From: an uncultured Chlorobiaceae bacterium
GTDB lineage: Bacteria; Bacteroidota; Ignavibacteria; UBA10030; SZUA-254
Length of the DNA stretch: 64,000 nucleotides
Assembly (NCBI GenBank): GCA_964354225.1
Contig: CAYGZC010000028.1
Location: 4,536-68,535, forward strand
Direction of reading: 5' to 3'
Shown piece after piece: positions 19,392 to 28,800 of the stretch (within the stretch, counting starts at the first letter, position 1; each line of letters opens with the position of its first letter). The position numbers and the translations under genes were made by a program. The notes under the pieces were generated by a model. It had not been told where the DNA came from and did not search any database. It was given only the letters and a program-made list of their open reading frames with translations.

Positions 19392-19808
19392 ATGAGTTAT
19401 ACCACAAACAATAATCAGAAAAAGATAGACGGCAAAGTTCTTCTTGTTGAAGATGAAAACCTGATCGGATGGTCGATCGCCACCGCTCTCCGGAGAGAGG
19501 GGTATGCTGTAACATTGGTAGAGTCGGGTGAGGAAGCGATAGAGATCATATCCTCAACAAAGTTCGATATCGTGATTACTGATCTCAAACTTCCTCAGAT
19601 CAACGGCTTTGAAGTGGCAACAGTCGTCAAATCCCAATGCTCCTCAATACCGGTAATTATGATCAGCGCACAATCCAGCCAGACAACTCAAGATGTAAAA
19701 GTGCATCAGGCAGTTGATCGCTATATCGAAAAACCATTTGATCTAAATGAAATAATTAAAATTACTCATCGACTGATTGGCCGTAGTTCAGCAAAAGTTG
19801 TTCGCTAA
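19392..19808 (+). CDS. Single-domain (CheY-like) response regulator
   Basis: 138 aa consisting of a REC domain only (VLLVEDENL...VITDLKLPQINGFE...IEKPF). Confidence 0.85.
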   Translation: MSYTTNNNQKKIDGKVLLVEDENLIGWSIATALRREGYAVTLVESGEEAIEIISSTKFDIVITDLKLPQINGFEVATVVKSQCSSIPVIMISAQSSQTTQDVKVHQAVDRYIEKPFDLNEIIKITHRLIGRSSAKVVR

Positions 19809-19831
19809 TATTCGTAATCTATAACTTGAAC

Positions 19832-19868
19832 TGTGTGATTTAACCCATCGTTTGGGTTCTATACCCCA
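19832..19868 (+). promoter_or_regulatory. Candidate enhancer (UAS) with TGGGTT/AACCCA half-sites
   Basis: TGTGTGATTTAACCCA (19832-19847) followed by TGGGTTCTATACCCCA (19853-19868). It lies 70-105 nt upstream of the sigma54 promoter at 19939 and is related to the perfect palindrome at 22866. Confidence 0.45.
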
Positions 19869-19938
19869 AAGAGAGAAATCTTTCCTCCCAAAAGACAGAA
19901 TATTCTTATTTTTTTACCCGTTTAATACAACATCCAAA

Positions 19939-19954
19939 TGGCACGCTGCTTGCA
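19939..19954 (+). promoter_or_regulatory. Sigma54-type -24/-12 promoter upstream of the first T9SS multiheme cytochrome
   Basis: TGGCAC-GCTGC-TTGCA, a perfect match to the consensus core, about 60 nt upstream of the ATG at 20018. Confidence 0.75.
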
Positions 19955-20017
19955 ATTCTTTCTGGAAAACCCAAATTAATCCACAATTTTATGAAACCTT
20001 TCATAAGGAGACACATC

Positions 20018-22756
20018 ATGAGATATGTTCGGTTACTATCTCTTTCATTAATTCTTATCCTTTGTATAGTTGGTCTGGCATTATCACAAATACAAACAGC
20101 CAGAATCATCATCAAAGGTATATCACCTGATATCAAAGTAGCCGGTCGATACGATGCTTTGTCAAGCGGTTTACCTAATGTCGGTAAAGGGCAAAAAGTG
20201 TGGTTAGAGGCATTAGCGCTTTATACCACAGGTACTGTTAATAATAGCTGGATCGATACTATAATTACTGAAACTTGGTCGGTGACAAATCCTCCGGGTG
20301 GTTTTGTAACGATCACACATACCGATACTACAACTTATTTTATTCCAGATAGAACGGGCCAATATAAAGTAGATCTCTCTGTGACCACAAGTCATGGAAC
20401 CGCAACGGCGTCTGTCTACATTAACTCAGCTTACTGGGTTGGTGTTGGAAACGTTACCGGTCCTGTTTCAAATCCAGCATCCTGCGGATTTGGGTGCCAC
20501 AGCGGTAAAGTAAGTGAGTGGCAGGAAACCCCTCACGCCGGGATCTTCTCTTACAACGTAGATAGCAGCGATCACTATTCTACAAATTGTGTTTATTGCC
20601 ATACTGTTGGTTACGACGCAGCTGCAACAGCTGTAAACGGTGGGTGGGACGATGTGCGTGCGGCACTTGGTTTCGTTATTCCGAGTCCACAACATCCCGG
20701 AGTGTGGGATTCAATCAAAACAAATTTCCCAACCCTTGCTAATGTTTCAAATATACAGTGCGAAAACTGCCACGGACCGGGTAGCTTGCATTTTAGTATG
20801 ACAGATAAAAACCAGATTGCTGCCAGTCTCTCTGCCGATGTATGTAATCAATGTCACGGTAGAAAATTTGGTCACATCAAGGGTTATGAATGGGGAAATA
20901 CTGCTCATGCGAAATCGGTTGGAGAACCTGGTGAAATTGAACATATGAACAGCACAAGCTGTGCACAATGCCATACAGCTCAGGGTTTCATCACCGAAAA
21001 TTTAGGCCATGGTACTTCCGGTGCACCGTATGCCGATGTTCAATCTGTTACATGCGCCGCATGTCATGATCCACACAGTGACGAGAATCCATCGCAATTG
21101 CGAGTTGCATCAGTTGGTGATGCATGTACTGGTTGCCATAAGACACGTATAAGTTCACGCGGCTTGCACCACTCACTGCAGGGTCCGATGTTCGCCGGTG
21201 TTACAGGAACACCATTTACATTGGGTCAAACCGGTATAGGTACTTGGGGTGGCTTCCAATTCCCAGGTTACCAATATCGGAATTCTTCTCACAGCAACAT
21301 TGCAGGTAAATGTGCTGAGTGCCATATGGCTACAATTGCCGGAGCGGATACGCTTCTCATTCCAGGTATTCCATTTAGCCAGTATCAAGGTAAGCTTGGT
21401 GGTCACTCATTTAAAGTCGCTTATGATAATGGTACACCGGATGATGCAATAGATGATATACTCAATCCGGTTGGATGTAAAGAATGTCATGGTACCGTAT
21501 CATTGGAATTTGTTGAACAAAGCCAGGATAAGATTAAGGCATTGCTTGAGGAACTCAGAGTACTTCTGCCACATGCGACATCAGGTGATACAACTCAGCC
21601 TCTAACTCACACTAGTTCGAGCCTTACAACAATCCAAAAAGGTGCAGCATACAACTACTACTTCGTTAGCTATGATGGCAGCTATGGCGTGCACAATTAT
21701 GAGTACGCTGCTGGATTACTCCGTTCTTCAATCGAAATGGTGAAGCTCGGTGCCGGTGCTGCTTCTATCGCTTCAATTAAAGACGTACCAAACGATCAAG
21801 GTAAGCAAGTCCAGGTTGTGTGGAATAAGTTCCCGGCTGAGAGCTATCCTGATCCAGTTGTCAATTACCTCATTCTACGACAAGACTCTGCCGGTATGTT
21901 GCTTGGTAAAACTGTAGCAGCGACATCATTCCGTGAGATGCTTTCGAAAGTTACCGACGGTTCACGCGTCACCCTGAGCGGTAGTGTTTGGACAAAGGTT
22001 GGCGAGTTCAAGGCAATCAAACAACCGAAGTACTCGCTTATGGTTCCAACACTTTTTGATTCGACGATCATTGATGGACAAAAACTCACAACATTCGATG
22101 TGGTTGGATATACCGCAGCAAATGTTGTATATGCTTCAGCGGCTGCGACTGGGTACTCTGTAGATAACCTGGCGCCGGCAGCTCCAACAGGATTCGCATT
22201 ACAAAGCGTAGCTGGTGTGGTCAACATCTCGTGGGAATCTTCTACAGATGCGGACTTCAAATATTTCGCAGTCTACAGAGGTGTTACACCAAACTTCAAT
22301 GCTCATGGTACACCACTTGCAACAGCTACAGGCACCCAGTATACGGATGCTTCAATTCAGCTTGGACGTACATATTACTATAAGCTCACGGCGTTTGATT
22401 TCTCCGGAAACGAGAGCAACTTCACCGATGAGAAATCTATTATGGTTACCAGTATTGAAGAAGGTAACGGCATCCCAATAGAGTTTGCATTGCGTCAAAA
22501 TCATCCGAATCCATTCAATCCAACAACATCAATTCGATATGAATTGCCGCAGGCAGCTCATGTGGAGATTAGCATTTACAACTCACTTGGCATGCTTGTA
22601 ACAACATTGGTAGATCAGGATGAACAAAGTGGCTATCATACAATCGAGTGGAATGGAACAAATAATTCTGGCAACACCATTGCAAGCGGAATTTACATTT
22701 ACAAAATGGAAGCCGGAACATTCTCATCCATCAAAAAGATGTTGTTCATCAAATAG
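20018..22756 (+). CDS. Secreted multiheme cytochrome c (8 CxxCH plus 1 CxxxCH) with Ig/Fn3-like domains and a T9SS C-terminal sorting domain
   Basis: Signal peptide MRYVRLLSLSLILILCIVGLALSQ. I chose the ATG at 20018, preceded by AAGGAGA. Heme motifs: CGFGCH, CVYCH, CENCH, CNQCH, CAQCH, CAACH, CTGCH, CAECH, CKECH. The C-terminus QNHPNPFNPTTSIRYELP...GIYIYKMEAGTFSSIKKMLFIK is typical of T9SS type A tails. Confidence 0.85.
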   Translation: MRYVRLLSLSLILILCIVGLALSQIQTARIIIKGISPDIKVAGRYDALSSGLPNVGKGQKVWLEALALYTTGTVNNSWIDTIITETWSVTNPPGGFVTITHTDTTTYFIPDRTGQYKVDLSVTTSHGTATASVYINSAYWVGVGNVTGPVSNPASCGFGCHSGKVSEWQETPHAGIFSYNVDSSDHYSTNCVYCHTVGYDAAATAVNGGWDDVRAALGFVIPSPQHPGVWDSIKTNFPTLANVSNIQCENCHGPGSLHFSMTDKNQIAASLSADVCNQCHGRKFGHIKGYEWGNTAHAKSVGEPGEIEHMNSTSCAQCHTAQGFITENLGHGTSGAPYADVQSVTCAACHDPHSDENPSQLRVASVGDACTGCHKTRISSRGLHHSLQGPMFAGVTGTPFTLGQTGIGTWGGFQFPGYQYRNSSHSNIAGKCAECHMATIAGADTLLIPGIPFSQYQGKLGGHSFKVAYDNGTPDDAIDDILNPVGCKECHGTVSLEFVEQSQDKIKALLEELRVLLPHATSGDTTQPLTHTSSSLTTIQKGAAYNYYFVSYDGSYGVHNYEYAAGLLRSSIEMVKLGAGAASIASIKDVPNDQGKQVQVVWNKFPAESYPDPVVNYLILRQDSAGMLLGKTVAATSFREMLSKVTDGSRVTLSGSVWTKVGEFKAIKQPKYSLMVPTLFDSTIIDGQKLTTFDVVGYTAANVVYASAAATGYSVDNLAPAAPTGFALQSVAGVVNISWESSTDADFKYFAVYRGVTPNFNAHGTPLATATGTQYTDASIQLGRTYYYKLTAFDFSGNESNFTDEKSIMVTSIEEGNGIPIEFALRQNHPNPFNPTTSIRYELPQAAHVEISIYNSLGMLVTTLVDQDEQSGYHTIEWNGTNNSGNTIASGIYIYKMEAGTFSSIKKMLFIK

Positions 22757-22810
22757 TATCAAACAATATCCCGCCATTTGAAGACGGTTAAGCTATAACT
22801 CTATCTCAAT

Positions 22811-22846
22811 AGCGCAGGTGATTTAGTTTGCCTGTGCTTTTTTATT
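22811..22846 (+). terminator. Intrinsic terminator after the first cytochrome gene
   Basis: AGCGCAGG pairs with CCTGTGCT (8 bp including one G-U), followed by TTTTTTATTT. Confidence 0.6.
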
Positions 22847-22865
22847 TATGCTTATAAAAGTTAGT

Positions 22866-22881
22866 TGGGTTATATAACCCA
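22866..22881. promoter_or_regulatory. Perfect 16-bp palindrome, candidate enhancer-binding-protein site
   Basis: TGGGTTATATAACCCA equals its own reverse complement. It lies 106 nt upstream of the sigma54 -24 element at 22987. Confidence 0.55.
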
Positions 22882-22986
22882 CTCAATTATGAAATTCTCT
22901 TCAATTTAGTGATTTATTCTGGAGGTAAATCGGTTAAATTTGTATGATTTTAAGAATATGTCTCATCCCTACAACTATTCTTGAAT

Positions 22987-23002
22987 TGGCACATGAGTTG
23001 CA
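22987..23002 (+). promoter_or_regulatory. Sigma54-type -24/-12 promoter upstream of the second T9SS multiheme cytochrome
   Basis: TGGCAC-ATGAG-TTGCA, a perfect consensus core, about 130 nt upstream of the ATG at 23134. Confidence 0.75.
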
Positions 23003-23133
23003 ATTTATTCATTCACCTTGTATCTTATTTAAGTTTTACAATTGAGGTAACTTGCATTTTTTCGAATAAAGCTTTATAAGTGTCCAAGTAAATAATTCAC
23101 AATTTGTCACTTTAATTACAGAAAGGAGTCAAT

Positions 23134-24666
23134 ATGAAACTTGCCACGATACTATTACTTCTGTTGATGGTCATCTTCGGTTTCTCTCATCCTATTTATG
23201 CTCAGACCTACACCGGCGTTTACAATCCAATCCTGGGTTGCAGCACAACGGGATGCCATACAGTAACTGGTAAATCACAATTTACGCAATGGTCGTCAAC
23301 TCTTCATGCCCAGGCATATGATTCAATCACATTCATTCAGAAAAATCCAGACTGTTTACCTTGTCATACAACTGGTTGGGATACAACAAAACACATTGAT
23401 GGTTTTTCAGATTTCTATCCGCCGGTTACTCACAACGATTCTGTTGGTATTGACCAAATGAAGAATGTTCAATGTGAAGCTTGCCATGGTCCGGTTCAAT
23501 TTGGCGTGAATCATGGTCAGGCTTCTACCATTAATCCAACCGCTGAAAAGTGCGGATCGTGTCATCAAGGTGAACACCATCCATACTACAGCGAATGGGC
23601 AACGACAAAACATTCTATGTCCGACACGAACGCGTCCGGTTTTCTAACGGGGGAATTTCGCAACGATCCAAACTGTTCGGGTTGTCACACATATCAAGGT
23701 TTTGTTCAATTCGTTAACGATACCAGCTTGGCTCCAAATGTTACCCCACCCGGAAGTGAAGCGCTGCCGATTGTTTGTACAGCGTGCCATGATCCGCATT
23801 CAAATGCGAATCCGGGACAACTACGGAAATCACCAAGCGCTCTTTGCCAGAAATGTCATAACCCGGAATATGATCCCGACAGTCCGACACCTGACGGAAC
23901 AACAATACATCACTCAACGGCATATATGTTAGAAGGGAAAGGCGGATATCAATATGCTGGATACACGTATGAGAATTCATTCCATGGTTTGGTGGCTATA
24001 GACAAATGCGTCACGTGCCATGTCGTGATGACTCCGTTTATCAGCAGCTCCCAGCCGGCATCCACGGGTCATACATTCCAGCCCAAGGGAATAAAATGTT
24101 TCGAGTGTCATGCCGATTTTGATACCCTGTCAACTTCATTTAATTACCGTAATACTCAAACAAAGATTGACAGTTTGAGTGCCGTTCTCGGTGCGAAATT
24201 AGCGGCGGCAACGCATGTAGATTCTTCATCTGTTGAATTCTACCGCGCTAAGTTCAACTACGACTTCGTCCAGGCAGAAGGTAGTCATGGCATTCACAAC
24301 ACGAAATATGCAAAGGGATTATTGGAATCTGCGATTGCCAATTTCACTCCATCAACTTCCGTTGAGATTATTGATAACGGTATCCCGACCAGTTTTGAGC
24401 TGAGACAAAACTATCCTAATCCGTTTAATCCGTCGACAAATATTAGTTTTGCTCTACCGTCGGCAGAGTTTGTGCGGATCCAAATTTTTGACGTGTTGGG
24501 TAGTTTAGTTACAACCTTACTCAATCGAGATTTAACTGCCGGTAATTATAAAATCGCATGGAATGGTGTCGATCAAAATGGCGCATCTGTCACAACCGGA
24601 GTTTATCTCTACAAACTTGAGACGGGCTCGTTTACAGAAACAAAGAAAATGTTGCTGATGAAATAG
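23134..24666 (+). CDS. Secreted multiheme cytochrome c (8 CxxCH plus 1 Cx4CH) with a T9SS C-terminal sorting domain; paralogue of 20018-22756
   Basis: Signal peptide MKLATILLLLLMVIFGFSHPIYA. Motifs: CSTTGCH, CLPCH, CEACH, CGSCH, CSGCH, CTACH, CQKCH, CVTCH, CFECH. Blocks shared with the 912-aa protein include CTACHDPHS/CAACHDPHS and HGIHNTKYAKGLL/YGVHNYEYAAGLL. C-terminal QNYPNPFNPSTNISFALP...GVYLYKLETGSFTETKKMLLMK. Confidence 0.85.
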   Translation: MKLATILLLLLMVIFGFSHPIYAQTYTGVYNPILGCSTTGCHTVTGKSQFTQWSSTLHAQAYDSITFIQKNPDCLPCHTTGWDTTKHIDGFSDFYPPVTHNDSVGIDQMKNVQCEACHGPVQFGVNHGQASTINPTAEKCGSCHQGEHHPYYSEWATTKHSMSDTNASGFLTGEFRNDPNCSGCHTYQGFVQFVNDTSLAPNVTPPGSEALPIVCTACHDPHSNANPGQLRKSPSALCQKCHNPEYDPDSPTPDGTTIHHSTAYMLEGKGGYQYAGYTYENSFHGLVAIDKCVTCHVVMTPFISSSQPASTGHTFQPKGIKCFECHADFDTLSTSFNYRNTQTKIDSLSAVLGAKLAAATHVDSSSVEFYRAKFNYDFVQAEGSHGIHNTKYAKGLLESAIANFTPSTSVEIIDNGIPTSFELRQNYPNPFNPSTNISFALPSAEFVRIQIFDVLGSLVTTLLNRDLTAGNYKIAWNGVDQNGASVTTGVYLYKLETGSFTETKKMLLMK

Positions 24667-24710
24667 TGTCAAATGATCCCGCTCGTGATAGGGATTCTAT
24701 AAGATTAAAA

Positions 24711-24749
24711 GTTCCTCTTAGGTGTGACATCCTCGGAGGAACTTTTTTT
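24711..24749 (+). terminator. Intrinsic terminator after the second cytochrome gene
   Basis: GTTCCTC...GAGGAAC hairpin followed by TTTTTTT. Confidence 0.7.
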
Positions 24750-24848
24750 ATCTCCCGTCTCTTAAAACCTTTATAAACTAAATTTGACAAAGCAATAAAC
24801 ATTATGTACAATCAAGTTCATGATTATCAAAGTTACCAATAACAGAAC

Positions 24849-25694
24849 ATGTTATATTTAAAAGGATTTACTCTGGGAATGGATTCCTCGGTGAATAAAA
24901 ACAAATTCCTTTTATATTCAATACTTTATTTAACCGTTTTGGTGTCCACTGTTATAGGACAGGGACCTTACAAATGCGATTGGGCAAAAGATGGACTAAT
25001 TTTAGGAAGCGGTGCGATCATTGTGTCGACTGCCTATGTTATAGATCATTCACCATCTGCTTTATCATTACAGGAGATCAATCAACTTTCAAGTAAATCA
25101 ATAAACTGGTTCGATCGGGGTGCCGTGTATCGGTTCTCTGAGGAAGCCGCAAAAATAAGTAACATTGTAGCGGGATTGAGTATTGCGGCCCCGCTGGTTC
25201 TTTTTAGTGACAGCAAAATTAGAAAAGAGTGGAGGATATATACTCTCATGTACTTCGAGACTATACTGTTCTCAGCATCCGTTCCATCAATTGGTAAAGG
25301 GAGCGTTAAAAGAACACGACCTTTTGTTTATAATCCTGATGTTACGCTCGAAAAGAAAACAACTGGCGAGGCAAGGAGATCATTTTTTTCCCGGCATACA
25401 ACTATAACATTTGCAGCAGCCGTCTTCCTCTCGACTGTTTATGATAATAGTTACCCGGATTCAAAATGGACACCTTATGTGTGGACAGGTTCACTATTAG
25501 CGGCAGGTGCTGTTGGGTATTTGCGTTATGAAGCCGGTGAGCATTTCCCGACAGATATTATCACTGGCGCAGTTGTTGGGAGCGCAATTGGTTACTTTAT
25601 TCCGTTTTTACATCAGGCAAATAACGGAGATACTCAAATTTCGATAACTTCAACCATCTTGCCGCCAGGTATTGGCATACAACTAAGGTTATGA
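24849..25694 (+). CDS. PAP2-family membrane phosphatase
   Basis: Acid-phosphatase signature pieces KRTRPF, SFFSRHT and GEHFPTDIITGAVVG, in a polytopic protein. The start is uncertain (alternative ATG at 24879). Confidence 0.75.
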   Translation: MLYLKGFTLGMDSSVNKNKFLLYSILYLTVLVSTVIGQGPYKCDWAKDGLILGSGAIIVSTAYVIDHSPSALSLQEINQLSSKSINWFDRGAVYRFSEEAAKISNIVAGLSIAAPLVLFSDSKIRKEWRIYTLMYFETILFSASVPSIGKGSVKRTRPFVYNPDVTLEKKTTGEARRSFFSRHTTITFAAAVFLSTVYDNSYPDSKWTPYVWTGSLLAAGAVGYLRYEAGEHFPTDIITGAVVGSAIGYFIPFLHQANNGDTQISITSTILPPGIGIQLRL

Positions 25695-25804
25695 TTATTA
25701 AATTTCATACCCTTTCAGGCTTACTAAAAGTGCTTGACTCTAAGTTAAATTCCACTTAATTTATTTTAGACAATTCGCAACACAATTCATCAAATGAGAT
25801 AGTT

Positions 25805-28800
25805 ATGCGCAATGTATATTTTGCAACGCTTTGTGTTTTTATTTTTATGTTCACATTTATCTGTACTTTAAAATATCAGGAATCCTCACCAACCGCTGAG
25901 CAGGGTGAAGGCGGGAAGAATGGCAGGTCGGGTGCCCTTGAGGCATTGGAATTCTGGACACGCTCGCGTGCATATCCCGAAAACGATATTCCACAAGATA
26001 AATATTTCAGAGCATTTCAATCTGCAAAGGTAAAGACGCGCGAAATCTCAAGTCTGCTAAGCGCAGCAAGTATTTGGGATCCCATCGGACCTCTCAATCT
26101 TCAGGGCAGAACCAAAAGTGTTGCAATAAATCCTATGAATCCCAACACCGTCTATGTTGGAACGGCAAGCGGGGGATTGTGGCGATCATACACCGGAGGT
26201 CTGGGTGGCGATTGGCACCAGGTGAAACTTGGTCATCCCGCTTTAGGCATCAGTGCAATCGTAATTGATCCGACAGATTCAAACACAATTTATCTTGGCA
26301 CCGGAGAAGTGTACCGGTATCAGAATTCAATGGTTGGATTAGTAGTGCGAACAACACGTGGGAGCTACGGCATCGGTATTCTTAAAACAATTGATGGAGG
26401 CACTACATGGACTAAAAGTCTCGATTGGTCCTATGAGCAGCAAAGAGGGATTCAATCATTAAAGATGAATCCGCTAAATCCCCGAACTCTCTGGGCGGCG
26501 ACATCAGAAGGAATTTATAAATCCACCAATGCCGGTTCAACCTGGGAAGAGATGTTATTCGGTTATATGACGCAAGATATTGTTATTCATCTTACTGACA
26601 CAAATAAAGTTCTATGCACAATAGGAAATTTTTACCCGAGTGTTACATTCTATACTACCGATGGGGGAACAAACTGGTCAGCTTCACCGTTACCGAGTTA
26701 CACAGGTAAAACCACACTCGCAATATATCCAGTCAATCCAAATGTTGTCTATGCAAGTGCTGCAGACAGTACGAACGGTGTGGGAGCTCTTTATCGAACC
26801 ACTGACTTTGGAATAAGCTGGACAAAATTAAAAGAGTATTTCAATACTGGTCAGCTCTTAGGAGTTCAAGGTTGGTACTCACATTATGTTGCAGTCTACC
26901 CAACTGATTCAAGCATCATTGTACATAACGGTGTTGGCAGAAGTAAATCAACGAACGGCGGTATCACATTTTCTGGTGTTTCTAGTGGATATTCGGATAA
27001 TCATTCTTATGCTATCCATCCCACAAATCCAAATATTTTATATGCCGTCAATGACGATGGCATATATCGTTCTACAAATTTCGGCAGCTCTTACACGAAC
27101 ATTGGTTTTGGATTGCAGTCGGGACAAATTTATAATGGATTTTCATGTTCAACAATAGATTCTCTTCTTGCACTTGCTCAATCGCAAGATCATATTCCGG
27201 GTTACCGGTACTTAGGTTCTTCAACCTGGGATCACGGCAGCGCGGTGGATGAAGCCGGCTGGAATGCCATTACTCCATCTAATGATAACATTATGTATTC
27301 AGTGTATCGATTTGGACAAGCGCTTTACAAATCTATAGATCGTGGCGAATCTTTCTTTTATGTGGGCGGCTTTAGCTCGGGTGCATGGAATTCTCCCATC
27401 GTGGTTTCTCCTTCTAATCCGAATATTCTTTACGTGGGCACAACCAGAATTTATAAATCTATTGATGGTGCAGGAAGCTGGAACAGCGGTTCTTATCTTG
27501 ACGGTAATCCAGCTCTATCTATGGCAGTCTCTGCAATGAATTCCGATACCGTTTATGTTGGTATGGCGCCGCAAGTAAATCGGGCACATATTTATTGCAC
27601 AACGAATGGAGGAACATTATGGACGAACGTGACTGGTTCCCTGCCCGATAGGTATCCAATCGACATGGCTGTTGATCCTACCAATTCAAAAATAGTTTAT
27701 GTAGCATTTGGAGGATTCGGCACGGGACATCTATACAAATCTACCGATGCTGGGACAAGCTGGAGCAATATCACCGGAACACTGCCTGATGCACCAACAA
27801 CTGCAATTGCGATTGATCCTCTTTACCCAAATATCGTTTATGTCGGAAATGATATCGGTGTTTATGTAGCAACCAATAGCGGTTCAACCTGGTCAGGATT
27901 CAGTGCTGGGCTACCGGATGCAGTCATTGTTGCCGATTTGACTATTTCTCCGTCAAACCGAGCGCTGAGAGTTGCAACACATGGTAATGGTATATGGGAG
28001 CGGAAACTTCTTAATGAGTTACCGGAAACTTACTTTGATTATAAAGCACTCACTGTAAATTATCCAGTCGATGGAACCGTTTTAAATGTTGGGTTGCCAC
28101 TTTCATCAATGAAGGCATCCTTCCGAAGTCTTAGTTTACAGGCACATCCGGATTCATTCGATGTTAAATATCGAATCCTTCTGGATAACACAGAAGTTTT
28201 CTCAAAAACAAAACGGATTTTAGGTTTAGTATCGGCAGAGAACAGAACTGTAACATTTGATGGAAGTTATGCTCCTATAGAAGACGGAACGTATATAGTT
28301 CAGGCAATCACACTCGCCAGTGATGATAACAATAATAACGACACAGTACAGAGTACCTTCAATATTATTGCACCATCCACTGTTTCATACTGGACAGCAA
28401 CCAAGATTCATTCTCCATACACAGAGATTACCAGCGGTTCACCCGGACCATCTGGCGATGATAACTGGATGAGAACAGAAATTCCATTTTCATTTACTTA
28501 TGATAATCACACTTACGATTCGGTTCTTATTAATACCAACGGTTGGCTGGAATTAGGTGCCGGAACACGCGGATTTCTTATGGGTTTATCAACAGCAGAG
28601 CAGATCGGGAGTTATTTCACTTATTCACTCGCAACTACAGATCATCCGACAAAAGCACTCGGTCCGTGGTGGACTGACCTCAGTGCTGCACCCGGGCAAA
28701 TTACTTACAAAACTATCGGCTCGGCACCAAATCGAACATTCATTGTGCAATGGAAAGATGTACCTGCTTACTGCTGCGACGCCGCAACTACCACGACTCT

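Noticed and set aside
19852-20136. ORFs 19852-20130 (+) and 19906-20136 (-) upstream of the first cytochrome
   Set aside because: They span the intergenic region containing the UAS-like sites and the sigma54 promoter, and run into the signal-peptide codons of the real gene.
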